DNA of 64,000 bases from Microthyrium microscopicum (taxonomy: Eukaryota): NCBI GenBank assembly GCA_010405405.1, contig MU004245.1, positions 375,256 to 439,255 of the forward strand, in the 5' to 3' direction. Of the stretch, positions 13,319 to 24,356 are shown in pieces; the stretch's first letter is position 1, and each line of letters begins with the position of its first letter. The translations under genes were made by a program, and so were the position numbers. Below the pieces are notes generated by a model. It worked only from the letters and a program-made list of their open reading frames with translations, was not told where the DNA came from and searched no databases.

Positions 13319-14279
13319 TGTTTCTGGAACGAACTAACTTGGGACTAAAATATCGTCTGAAATGGCTAGTGAAGATTGCTTTGATGCGAGCACTCGACCA
13401 CTTATATATGCTCTCTCTGCGCCAAATCACTCACCTCATGCGCAGAGGATTATGATCGTTGACCATTTTGAGCTGACAGGTATCACAGAAATGGCCGTTA
13501 CTTCCGAGCCTAGGGTCTGCGGAATCTGTATCCAATTCGTCAAAGAACCTGGTAAACTCTTGTGGTGGGTGATACTGAGGGGATTTCGAATGCAAGATGC
13601 TTACGAAAGCTTCCAACGCCTTTTGAGCCATGATGAATCATTTTATATTGTCGGATTCTTTGCGTTACCGCTCTTTTTGTGTTTGCGCCATTCTCCTATT
13701 TCGATCTACCCTTTTTTCCATTTCATATGAGAAGACTGTTAGTACTGCAAAGATGAGTGAAACGTATGACTCTGATTATTTGTTTAGCGTAGTCGATTCT
13801 ACTCTATTCTACTCTACGTCGGGCTTCGTGGTGGTGGACAACATTGCAAAGGATCAGTTTGAGTTTTATTAGCGCATCCTTAGCATTTATTTACCCGCCT
13901 ATACCTTTATTGCTATCTAGATCCTACTATGACCAGCACTGTGTGCGTCGAGATTGATGTTGGAAACAAACCGGGCTGTGAAATTGAGTTGGTGAGTTTG
14001 ACGCAGCCCGCGTTTGCATCTGACCGGTCTAAATCTTACACTCTATGTTCATCATCCTCCGCACCTTTCAAACGTCTCGTTACACCTGTCACTTCGAACC
14101 TGCAGCGTACTTATTCGGGACTTATGACCAACAGATTCTATAAAGTTATTCAAGAGCAGAGCTTCAGGAGTCAAGGAGAGTGCTAGTAGTCGAAAACAAC
14201 TCTATATCTGGCCGGCGAACCCTTACAGACCCCGGCTATTGATCATATTGAATCAGATATCGCATCTGCTATCTCAACA

Positions 14280-16985
14280 ATGGAAGTAGTACGTGCGGTA
14301 GACTCTACGTACAGGATAGTCCGATATGTCAACACCGCTGCGGGGTTCTTATGGGCGTCTCAGACTTTGTCGAAACCAGACCATCAAGGAAATGACCAGG
14401 ATGAGGAATTCTCAAGGTGGATGAAGGCTTTAATCGCGAGCAGTAAAGAAGCTGAATTTCGAGTATCAGAGGGAGTCAGCCTGCTCTCAGAAGATGATCA
14501 GGTTCTCCTTCGTATCAGCAAGCAATGCGAAGAATTGACTTCTGAGCTCTTGAAATCGTCCACGCCGTCAAAATCAGGGTTGGAGAACAACAATGCGACA
14601 TCTCCAGCGGAAGTAGAGCAATTTCGGCAGAAGATCGAGTCAATAAAGGAAGATCTCAACCAGCATCTTGCACCACTTCAATGGTCTGCCACCACTCAAA
14701 CAATACGTGAGCTTGCAGCCAAAAACGGCCGACTTGGGGCTGGTCGAGAGGTGGCCATCAACGCTTTATCATCCTGTCTCAGCAACTCTTTCCAAAGGCT
14801 GAAGACTGGGAAGGTCAACTATGAGCAGAGTCTGGCTATCTGGAACGAAATACATGCCGCAATGCAACTGGCTGAACACTACTTGAAAGAGCAAGCTGTT
14901 CTGACCGAACTGCAATTCTGGACGATGAATCGTCGTCAAGAACTCATCTCAAAAGAGCATGAGAATACCTTCGAGTGGGTCTTGTCTTTGGCAGACCGAG
15001 ACGAGTCTGCACAGCCAGCGTCTAATTTCGTTCAATGGCTCAAATCCGATGAACCTGTGTATTGGATATCTGGCAAACCTGGCTCTGGAAAGTCGACGCT
15101 CATGAAATTCATCGCAGACAATTCCAAAACAAAAGATGCTTTAAAGCATTGGGCAGCGAACGATAGATTGATCATTGCAAGTTTCTATTTCTGGAGCTCG
15201 GCCAAAGATCCGCTTCAGAAATCCAATACGGGACTTTTGCGATCAATTCTCTTTCAAATACTTCGACAGTGTCCTGAGCTAATCGAAGCGGCTTTCTCAG
15301 AAAGATGGCTAGAGAGCCAAACGATTGGTTCACTCCAAGAAGCTAATACTGCGGACCTAATGGGTGCCTACGATCGCATCTCTGGCCTTCTTTCAAGTTT
15401 GAAAGTGAAATTTTGCTTCTTTATCGATGGCCTGGACGAGTATGAAGGCGACACCGCAGACATCATCCACCTGGTTGAATTGTTGAGCAAGACTCCGAAT
15501 CTCAAGACTTGTATTTCCAGTCGACAATGGGCCGAGTTTGAGACTAAATATGGCGGCAACAATCCATGGAAGTTGTATGTCCACCAACTGACAAAAGCCG
15601 ACATGACAAATTACGTGGAGGATCTATTAATGAAGAATGACAGCATCGCAAAACTTAGAGCGACGGATAGCAAAGAAGAATTTGGCCACTTGGTAGCACG
15701 CATCGTTGAGGCTGCGGAAGGTGTTTTCCTATGGGTATTTCTCGTCGTTCGTGCTCTGATCGAAGGGCTATCAGAAAATGATCGGATCTCTGATCTGAAG
15801 CAACGACTGGGCGCTATTCCAAGCGATCTAGATCACTATTTCGAAAATATGCTATTAGGAATTGAAGCGCGACATCAACAGCAGACTGCTCAACTGTTCT
15901 TGGTGACACTTCAAGGAGTAGAAAAGCTTCCTTTGATATGCTACTGGAATCTTCTCAATGCCGAATTTCTAACACTTAAGGGGGTAAATAAAGGTCATCT
16001 CTCAAAAGATCTGGCAGCGGAACGATTGCAAGAAATGGCCACACGGCTCAACACTCACTGCAAAGGCCTGCTCAAAGCACATAACATCGAGCAAAATCCT
16101 TTCAATCATCTCAAGGAGCATAATTGGCTCTTTGATTTTCGAGTCGACTTCTTACATAGAACCGTTGCAGACTTTCTGCGAACAGCTGACATGCAGCATT
16201 TGCTGGAGAAATGGTCCGGACCGGATTTCAATGCCGATATGGAAATATCGAAAGCATGTCTATACGATATCAAAGTCACTCCTTCGAAGCATATCATGTT
16301 CAGAGAGCCGTCTAGAATTCCGTCGATTGTCCACCTAGTTCTGTCGCACGCAAAGCTCCTAGAGCACTCGGGGCGGCAGGACATGCAATCTGGTCTAGTA
16401 GACGAGCTCTTGTCTATAATGAAGGCACACAACGACTCGTTAGAAAACCTTCAAACCATGCTGCTCGGACCTGGAAACTACTGGGTCTTCGAATCGAGCA
16501 TCAATCTAGCCTTGCTGTATCTTTGCGTTTCGTACGGTTTGGGAGACTACGTCAACCAGGCCCTCGACAGTGGAAAGTTTCCATTCCCAGAGCCACCCTA
16601 TAGTCTTCTCTCCGCCTGCATTACCTGGGATCCGCGCGTTCGAGCTGGCAGATTTACTTTGAATCTCGAAACAGTTCAATTGCTTCTACGGCGAGGACTT
16701 GATCCCAACAAGCCTTGGGGTGATCGCGGCTTCTCATTCTGGCAGCAGCTCTTGACTACGACTTACAGCGGGTATCTGAAAGGGAATCTGACTGAAGTCG
16801 ACATTGACGCCATCAAATGTGCGATAGATCATGGTGCCAACCTGCAGGCTTCTTTGGAAGTCTTTGGTGGCCGTCGAATCGAGAGCGCTAAAGCTGTGGA
16901 TGTCTTAGAAAAGATGCTTCCGCGGGAACAATTTCTTGCTTTATCTCTTTCTGATGCGAGCCCCATGAGTCACCATAGCACTTGA
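14280..16985 (+). CDS. NACHT (STAND) NTPase, fungal NLR-like protein with a helical SesA/HeLo-like N-terminus
   Basis: Intronless 901 aa ORF. Contains HENTFEW, Walker A WISGKPGSGKSTLMK, Walker B FFIDGLDE, AEGVFLWV and VDFLHRTV. The C-terminus has degenerate ankyrin-like motifs (LLLRRGLDPN, DHGANL). Confidence 0.9.
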   Translation: MEVVRAVDSTYRIVRYVNTAAGFLWASQTLSKPDHQGNDQDEEFSRWMKALIASSKEAEFRVSEGVSLLSEDDQVLLRISKQCEELTSELLKSSTPSKSGLENNNATSPAEVEQFRQKIESIKEDLNQHLAPLQWSATTQTIRELAAKNGRLGAGREVAINALSSCLSNSFQRLKTGKVNYEQSLAIWNEIHAAMQLAEHYLKEQAVLTELQFWTMNRRQELISKEHENTFEWVLSLADRDESAQPASNFVQWLKSDEPVYWISGKPGSGKSTLMKFIADNSKTKDALKHWAANDRLIIASFYFWSSAKDPLQKSNTGLLRSILFQILRQCPELIEAAFSERWLESQTIGSLQEANTADLMGAYDRISGLLSSLKVKFCFFIDGLDEYEGDTADIIHLVELLSKTPNLKTCISSRQWAEFETKYGGNNPWKLYVHQLTKADMTNYVEDLLMKNDSIAKLRATDSKEEFGHLVARIVEAAEGVFLWVFLVVRALIEGLSENDRISDLKQRLGAIPSDLDHYFENMLLGIEARHQQQTAQLFLVTLQGVEKLPLICYWNLLNAEFLTLKGVNKGHLSKDLAAERLQEMATRLNTHCKGLLKAHNIEQNPFNHLKEHNWLFDFRVDFLHRTVADFLRTADMQHLLEKWSGPDFNADMEISKACLYDIKVTPSKHIMFREPSRIPSIVHLVLSHAKLLEHSGRQDMQSGLVDELLSIMKAHNDSLENLQTMLLGPGNYWVFESSINLALLYLCVSYGLGDYVNQALDSGKFPFPEPPYSLLSACITWDPRVRAGRFTLNLETVQLLLRRGLDPNKPWGDRGFSFWQQLLTTTYSGYLKGNLTEVDIDAIKCAIDHGANLQASLEVFGGRRIESAKAVDVLEKMLPREQFLALSLSDASPMSHHST

Positions 16986-17209
16986 TTATACATCGCCTAC
17001 TCAAAAAAGAAAACGATGTACTTGCAGGCATATATCCTGTATGTAATGAGCAGAATTGGGTATCTACAAATATGTCCTGTCCTCCATACAATGATTGAAG
17101 TTTGGACACTGATCCATTAGATCTTAGCGAATAGACATTATGGTTTTTGTTTTCTGGTCTGCAATCCTTGGTGGCCGAGAAGCCAATTTATCCTACTCCT
17201 TTCGAACAC

Positions 17210-18628
17210 TTAGTTTGCAGAATAGAGACTGTGACCGGAAAACAGCTTTGTCGGAATGACTAGAACACCTCCTACCAGACAAACAACTCCAGAAAAGATG
17301 GAGACTTGTTTAATTCCGTGGTATTTCAATTCCATGGCGCCAGCACTAGGAGGTCCAATAAGCGTTGCAATGGACATGAGAGCCATACCCATGCCCATGT
17401 ACGTTCCAATGTTTCGGGCGTCCTTGGGAACCGAGATCAGAGCAACTGATGCACCAGAGATGATGGCACCAGAGCAGAAACCGAAAACGAGTGTGAACAC
17501 AATGATAGCAGCATTACTATGAACGGCCGACCAGCAAAGTATGAGGATTCCTGTGCTTATGCCGGCAACGAAGAGCATGTTGAGTCGACCAAGTTTATCA
17601 GCCAGTATGCCGGGAATAACACGGCCAGGGAAGGAGGCAGCGTTGAGAATGGCGACTAGATAGAACGCAAGGTCATCGCTCATTCCTTGGGAAATGGCAT
17701 AGGTTGGGATGAAGAATATAGGAGTGAACATGCCCATATACATGAAGAATCCGGAAAGAATAAGAAAATCGTACCCAGGTTCTTTGAATGCTCTAGGAAG
17801 GAAGAAGTTGGATTTGCGCGGTGGCAGACGAGCCTTGATGACAAAGACGGCGGGTGTAATAAGGGCGAGGACGATGAACCCAATTATCCGGACCGCCCAT
17901 CCGAATGAAAGATGTGGGTTGTGCAGCATCTTATTAAGAGCGATTGGCAGCACTACTCCTCCAATCGAGGATCCAGCGATTGCCAGTCCCATCGCAGCTC
18001 CACGTTTCTTGTTGAAGTAATGGCCAACTACAGCCATGGCTGGTGACATCGTCATACCGCATGAGACTCCTCCGAGAACACCCTGTGCTAGAATGAACTG
18101 CCAGTATTCTTTACATATGCTGGTCATCATGATTGAGAGGACATATAAGAATGCGGCGGGACGAATGACCTGATATATCTAGATTAGATGCTGGAGGGAA
18201 ACATAATTTACGATGTTCTTACCTGCTCGCCATACCGGTCGAATAGTGGCCCGCCGATTAGCGACGAAGCAAAGATGAAGAACGCTTGCAATGATCCAAT
18301 CCATGCGATATCTGAAGGACTGGTATCTTTCAGTTGATTGAGTGAATAATATGTTTGATATACACTAATCATGGTTAGGAGCTATCCAAACTCATAGCAA
18401 CAACATAACATACCCGAATGAATTAACATATCCAAGAGTGCAGAAGATGGCAGCTGAAGTGCCAAAAGCAACAGACCAAGCTCTTGTTCCTCCTTCGGGA
18501 AAGTCTTGATTAATGGCGCCGACCGCGGGCACAACAGTCTTCTCGACATCCGTTTGACTGTTCACGGATTCTGGATGATCGGTTGTAGTTCCATAGTCTA
18601 AAGACTTTCGATCCGACTCCAAAGCCAT
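17210..18628 (-). CDS. MFS transporter, monocarboxylate porter (Mch/MCT-like) family
   Basis: FPEGGTRAW, GYVNSFG, YWQFILAQGVLGG, HYFNKKRGAAMGLAIAGSSIGG and ADKLGRLN. Two predicted introns near 18365-18413 and 18170-18223. Confidence 0.9.
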
Positions 18629-18913
18629 TGCAAGTTTCCGATTGGGCGGTTAATATCGCTGTGAGCCCGTGCTGTAGCTGTCAAATGTAAACAAGCTCCA
18701 GAGCTCTGAGGCTGAAGATTTGGGTTTAGGGAGAGCAAGAAGTTGGATCTGGAGATTACAGGAAAGCACGATTTCCAACAAACTTGGCATCGTCAACCTT
18801 TATATTTCAAAATAACAGGAGCCAGGCTCGGGGGTAACGGCTTCTAGCTAAACGCCACCATCATCTTGGGCTGAAGCCTAGCTGCTGAATGCATCTCGCG
18901 ACAGCCTGGACTT

Positions 18914-19158
18914 TCCGCGGGCTCGAAGAATAGCAACAAGGAATCTCTACAATTTTGCTACTTGGCATTGAACATGATCCGCGAATCGTTTCCAAGAACA
19001 ATCGAAAGTTCGAAACACATTTGATCGGAATTCCATCTTCAAAATTGAGTCAGAAAGGCCCAACGTTCATCCGGTAACCTGTGGAAAAGGGGAGGATGTT
19101 AAGGTCATTGAGCTTTTTTATAGAGCTCGGCGCCGAAAAGCCGAGCAGGATCCGCGGA
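18914..19158. promoter_or_regulatory. Cluster of CGG-containing Zn2Cys6-type sites upstream of the MFS gene
   Basis: TCCGCGGA at 19151-19158, TCCGCGGG at 18914-18921, TCCGCGAA at 18978-18985 and the palindrome TCGGCGCCGA at 19127-19136. Confidence 0.35.
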
Positions 19159-19429
19159 ATCCCCTACTGCTCCGCACATAATCGAGTCTTTCACACTCAA
19201 CATCAAGGATGTAGCGTTTGGAATCTGCAGGACTCTGCATTGAAGATTGAAATGCCTGTCAAATCCAGCCAACCCAATAGTTATTATTCAGCCTGGCCTT
19301 CTTTGTTCTTTGTCGCGCATCTCACAGGTTCAGCAGGGGTCGTGAAGCTATTCATGTCATCCAATTGAAATATTCTATATCGGCTCCGAACCACCCGCCC
19401 ATGTCTTCAAGACTTGCGATTTCATCCAC

Positions 19430-20940
19430 GAACTACAAATGATCAGTGATGCAGTTCCAGCTGTGTTTTGTAGTTAAGAGTAAGTGATACGCCACCATGC
19501 TCTCAGGATAGTTCCTTGTGTGAGTCGGCCTTGACCTATTCCTGTTGGTGGTACTATTAGTAGTTTCAAAAGAATTGTGGTTGTACAATCTGGAAGTATT
19601 TTCGGCATTGGTTGCGAAAGCACATCGTAGCAGTACTTCGTATTGAAGACTCCTTTCAACTGCCTCCGATATAGCCGGGCCGACAGGCACTTGTCATTTC
19701 AGTGCCTCTAGTTTGGCAAGCAGAGCCCAGAAGAAAACGTAGCCTTTGACATTGGTGTCCTCATTTTTTAGTCGAACATTGAGTAAGTCTGTGAAGCTGG
19801 CTAAAGCATCGGAAAGTTGACTTCGAGATATGGTACTTGTATCCAATCCGGGTAACTCGTCATCTTTCTCAAGTTGGAAAACACATTCATTAGCTAATAT
19901 GCAGATAGCTTCCAGTGGAACACTGCGAAAGATCCCACCGCATACCCGTCTTAGTCCATCATAATCTTCAGACCCCAAGCCGTCCGTTGTTGAGAGAATC
20001 ACAACAGAAGCATCGAGAGATATCTTTCCGGAAAAATAATAAGTGGGATCCGTCTTCGCTTTCAAAATGCATATGCATAATGAAGTGCAAGAAGAAATCG
20101 AAAGATGAACAGCTCCACAATCCTCTTTTGGAGTGCTGGGTTTTATCTGGGCACTTGTTGAATTGCTGGAATTGAACCGCGTTAGTACTACAGGAAGAAT
20201 AGCAGGCTTTCTGACATCTGAAGAAGTTGACCATAACGAAAAGCGGCAGTCTCAAAAGTCATTAGCATAACGGGCGATCTCCAGTCTGACTCGCAGAGAG
20301 CTCATAAGCATAATCTGTAGTGAAGCTTGTGTAAAGAATTCTGGTGGCTTGATTGCGACGAGATCGGCTTCATCAGTTCCTGACTCCTGGGAGCCATCGA
20401 CGTTCAAGGGAGGCTTGTGATGGAACTCGTGATCAAACGACGGTCACCTGAATCGACACTGGACTGAAGATTGATTTCGAGAATAGTAGCCCATGTTTGC
20501 CTCTGGAGTTGGATATCTCGAAATGAGAACCGGGGGCCTCCGTACATTTCGGTATCTATATAAAGCCCCATGTGTATGGCCGAACGAAGCAGAGATCCTG
20601 CGGAGAGCCAAACTAGATCAGCATCGTCGTGTTGACTTGTTTGGCAACAAGAAGAAGGCTATGTATTTGAAGAGCGTCGAGTTCAAGCGAAACTTCTGCA
20701 CAGGAACAGCTAGCCAAAAATTGGTAACAAGTATCCTACAACACATTAATGTCTTTGTAATAGAGCGACGAATTCATACCATCCATTGCAAAGTAGAAAG
20801 TCTGTGGCCTAGAATTTGCGTCCACATCTGACTGCCAGACCACGCCAAAGCTGGACTCCTCCGCCTACGAATTGTTACCTTGCTCATAGCGCAAAACAAA
20901 GATATCAACCCATTCTTCAGATCAAGGAGATAGAAATCGA
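19430..20940 (-). pseudogene. Fungal-specific (Zn2Cys6-associated, Fungal_trans) transcription factor pseudogene, 5'-truncated
   Basis: Fragments in shifting frames: LQIHSLLLVAKQ, DLVWLSAGSLLRSAIHMGL, RQTWATILEINLQSSVDSG, RFLLALHYAYA/KAKTDPTYYFS and EDTNVKGY. There is a frameshift near 20065 and a stop at 19694. No Zn-cluster exon is visible before the transposon at 20964. Confidence 0.8.
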
Positions 20941-20963
20941 CTAGATCGTGGAGGATTTAGGTA

Positions 20964-22807
20964 CCGTAGCGCGCGAGGGGGAGTAAATAAAATGTACTAG
21001 TAATAATAGTATTATGCTTTTTAGGTAAAAAATGTATGTTTTTAAGAGAGGTATAAACGATGCTACTTTCTTAGAAAAGATACTTGTTTTAGAAAACCTA
21101 TATTTTTAGTTTAAAAAAGAATTTTTTATAAAAACTATGTTTTAGCTATTTTTTTACTATGTTATAGTAATAAAGAGAAGTAAAAAAAATTATAAGGTAA
21201 AGTAATAGCTACCTTAGGAGGATTCTATAAAGAATTTAGAATTAAGTTTTTTTTATAAATTAGGATTTAAACTACTAAAGAGGCTAGATTAATACGCTAC
21301 GGCTTAGTTAGGCGAGGTAGAATTACGACTATATTTTATTAGGAGTTTTATAATATTACGGATCTCTGCTAGATTACTGTCCTATAGGATTACGGGCTAC
21401 CCCTCTATAGACCCTGTAACGTTATAGTTACGTGCCTGTACGCACGGACCACCAGAGTGCCTATTTATATTTTCGCTACAAAGCTTCCTAGCTAGATTCC
21501 TCATCGTAGATCTTATAATTATAATAAGTCCTTACTACACCCCCGTAGCTCTCGCTCCCTAATACTATCTACGACCCTTAAATTTTAATTCTAGGAGCTC
21601 TAAAGAGCTTCTAGCCATTAATTTAAGTAGGCTTTAAAGCGCGCGCGCGCGCAGACCGTACGGCGCGCTGCCACTCTACTATAATAACGTAAAAATCGCT
21701 ATTTAACGCATGGATTACTAACGGGCTCCTACTTACGTGCAGCCCTACTAGAGCTTTACATTACGATAGATTAACGTAGATAATGCGTTAAAAACACGCT
21801 AAGACTACAGAGTTAATCTCTAAGGGAAGGAGCGCTACTGTACTAAAAAGTAATAGAACTAGACCTAATGTAGAAGTATAACAATAAGATTAAGATCCTA
21901 CGAAGCAGATTCAATAGTAAGACTAACGCGCGATTCGAACGCGCTACTAACACATGTATTAGCGCACGTATTATATTGTGGCCTAAGCGCAGCTTACTAT
22001 ACTAAAAACAATATACTAGACGCGTGACCCGCGCTAAGAACTAAGAACATTCGGAACTAGCGACTGCCTAAAACGGAGACGGTAAGGGGCCTAAGTACAG
22101 GAAAAGCTAAAAGACAATAAACCGGCAAGCAGCAGCTGCTACTTTGGGAAGGAACGAAGCAAAAGAAGTAAGAACGGCTTTGTTGTGACTAGATCTTTGC
22201 GCCTACATAGATAACAAACAAGACTAAGAAGGAGGGGTTTTTGCCCTATGGTTTCCCCTCCTAAAGCAATGGAATTCGACGAGATGGAATACTTAGGAGC
22301 AGTTTTAGTTCAGGAGCACTAATTTTAAAGGGAGGAGTATTGTTACGGATCTCCGCTGGATTACCGTCCTACAGGATTAAGGGCTACCCCTCCATGGACC
22401 CTGTGACGTTATAGTCACGTGCCTGTACGCACGGACCACCAGAGTGCCTATTTATATTCTTGCTGCAGAGCTTCCTAGCTAGATTCCTCGTCGTAGATCT
22501 TATAATTATAATAAGTCCTTACTACACTCCTATAGCTCTCGCTCCCTAATATATAATAATAAAGTATAAATTACTAAGCTTATGTATATAGCCCCCAATC
22601 TATTTAGCTCTTATACTTTATCCTTTTATTCTTGCTAATATCCTATCGTACCTTCTTTATCTTTAGTTATAATTACTTTTATTTATAGAACATAAGGTCT
22701 ACTCAAGACATTATCTTCTAGAGAAGAATAGACTTCTAAAAAGACTTTAAAAGATTATATAGTTTCATTAAAATATTAAGTCCTTTACTTCCTCCTCCAC
22801 GCTACGG
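20964..22807. mobile_element. Non-autonomous Tc1/mariner-type DNA transposon (MITE-like, about 640 bp without the nested element), RIP-mutated
   Basis: TA duplications at 20962-20963 and 22808-22809. Imperfect terminal inverted repeats of about 24 bp: CCGTAGCGCGCGAGGGGGAGTAAA (left) versus CCGTAGCGTGGAGGAGGAAGTAAA (reverse complement of right). The interior is very AT- and TpA-rich. Confidence 0.75.
21354..22551 (+). mobile_element. Small non-autonomous LTR retroelement (TRIM-like, 1198 bp) nested in the MITE
   Basis: 211-bp direct repeats at 21354-21564 and 22341-22551 (TGTTACGG...CCTAATA). 5-bp TSD TATAA at 21349-21353 and 22552-22556. Polypurine tract AAAGGGAGGAG before the 3' LTR. The 776-bp interior has no ORF in the track. 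Confidence 0.9.
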
Positions 22808-23234
22808 TAGTTGATGCCGCCGCTAGTTGACGTTCAGGGGACGGGGCTATAGGTGGATGAAAGGGGGCTATCTTAAGCTAGCGTCACTCATTGTGGTTGC
22901 CATGCGACTTTTATGTTGGGGAAAGTGCAGTTGGTGTTGATCCATCTGTCGACTCCACTTCCCACATCTCTACGCTGTACATCGAATTGCTCCCTCTGGA
23001 CTATATCATATCTCCCAGTCTATCAGTCTCCTCGGTTGCTTGTTCTTATACTTTGACTCTTCTAGTCTCCCAGAAGATATACAGCTCCAATCACCCCGCT
23101 AGGTGCAATTGATACCTTAACTCCTTCTTTGTTTACACTCAGGCATGCTACATTCCACCTAATCAGCAAGTCAGATGGACAAGCTAACATCAATAATAGC
23201 TCCCACAGCCTCACGTCTCCGTCGAGCTCCCATC

Positions 23235-24356
23235 ATGACCTCGTTTCTCACAACTATGTTCGTAAAATGGCTTCATTACCATCCTCTCCAGCCCAGCACG
23301 CACCCTCCTTCATAACTCCCCCAAGAATCCTCAAACCCGTCTTCTCGCCTGTAGAGTCCTCCTCTTGCACCCATCTGCCTTCTGCTGCCGAATTGCGCAA
23401 TTCGCCTGTCATGGCTACTCCGCGAACTCCAATTGCCCAGCAATCGCCATTGCAGCGCATGTTTCGAGGCGTTCTACAGAGCAGTCCGCTATTCTACAAT
23501 CTCTTCGCTTCCCCATCCACACCACCGCAAGGAGAGACCCATGATTATTCTAACGCAACTCAACACAGCAATGCACGCTCGCGAGCTCCTTTCAAACCCC
23601 AAAAAGCGGGGCGCGGAACTTCAAGCTGGCAGCTCAAAGAATTCGCTGAAGCTACGTTGGGTAGTGGGAGTCTAAGAAAAGCTGTCAAACTTCCAGAAGG
23701 CGAGGATGAGAATGAATGGCTGGCAGTAAACGGTATGGCCGCGCTCTAGGCGTACATTTCATACAACTACTGACCTCAGGCAGTGGTTGACTTTTATAAC
23801 CACATCAATCTGCTATATGGCGCAATCACTGAATTCTGCTCGCCAAAAACCTGCCCGGAAATGAAAGCAACCAACGAGTAAGAACCAAATTTAGGTTTTG
23901 GTGATTTGTCGCTTATCATGAATAGGTTCGAATACCTGTGGCAAGATAACGAAAACTACAAAAAGCCTACGAAAATGTCAGCACCGGAATATGTTGAACA
24001 CCTGATGGGATGGGTTCAAAGCAACATTGACAACGAGCAAATGTTCCCCAGTCGCATTGGTCAGTGACTCCTTACGCTTTCAGTGACAATGACTGATATA
24101 AAAAATTCTAGGCGTTCCATTTCCGCGCAACTTCCGACCTCTGATCCTGCAGATGTTCAAGCGTCTTTACCGGGTTTACGCTCATATCTACTGCCATCAC
24201 TACGAAATCGTCATCGAGCTCAACTTGGAGCCACATCTCAATACTTGCTTCAAGCACTACGTTCTATTTGTAGATGAGCACAAATTGGCCCAAGGCAGTC
24301 GGGATTTCTGGGGACCACTTGGTGATTTGGTTGATAGCATGCTGAAGAGCGAGTGA
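23235..24356 (+). CDS. MOB1: Mob1 kinase activator (SIN/MEN, Mob1/phocein family)
   Basis: [67 protein letters not shown] and [16 protein letters not shown]. Predicted introns 23258-23568, 23733-23783, 23878-23925 and 24060-24111. Confidence 0.93.

Noticed and set aside
13362..14186. Short ORFs between the esterase and NACHT genes
   Set aside because: No recognisable motifs or consistent splice structure.
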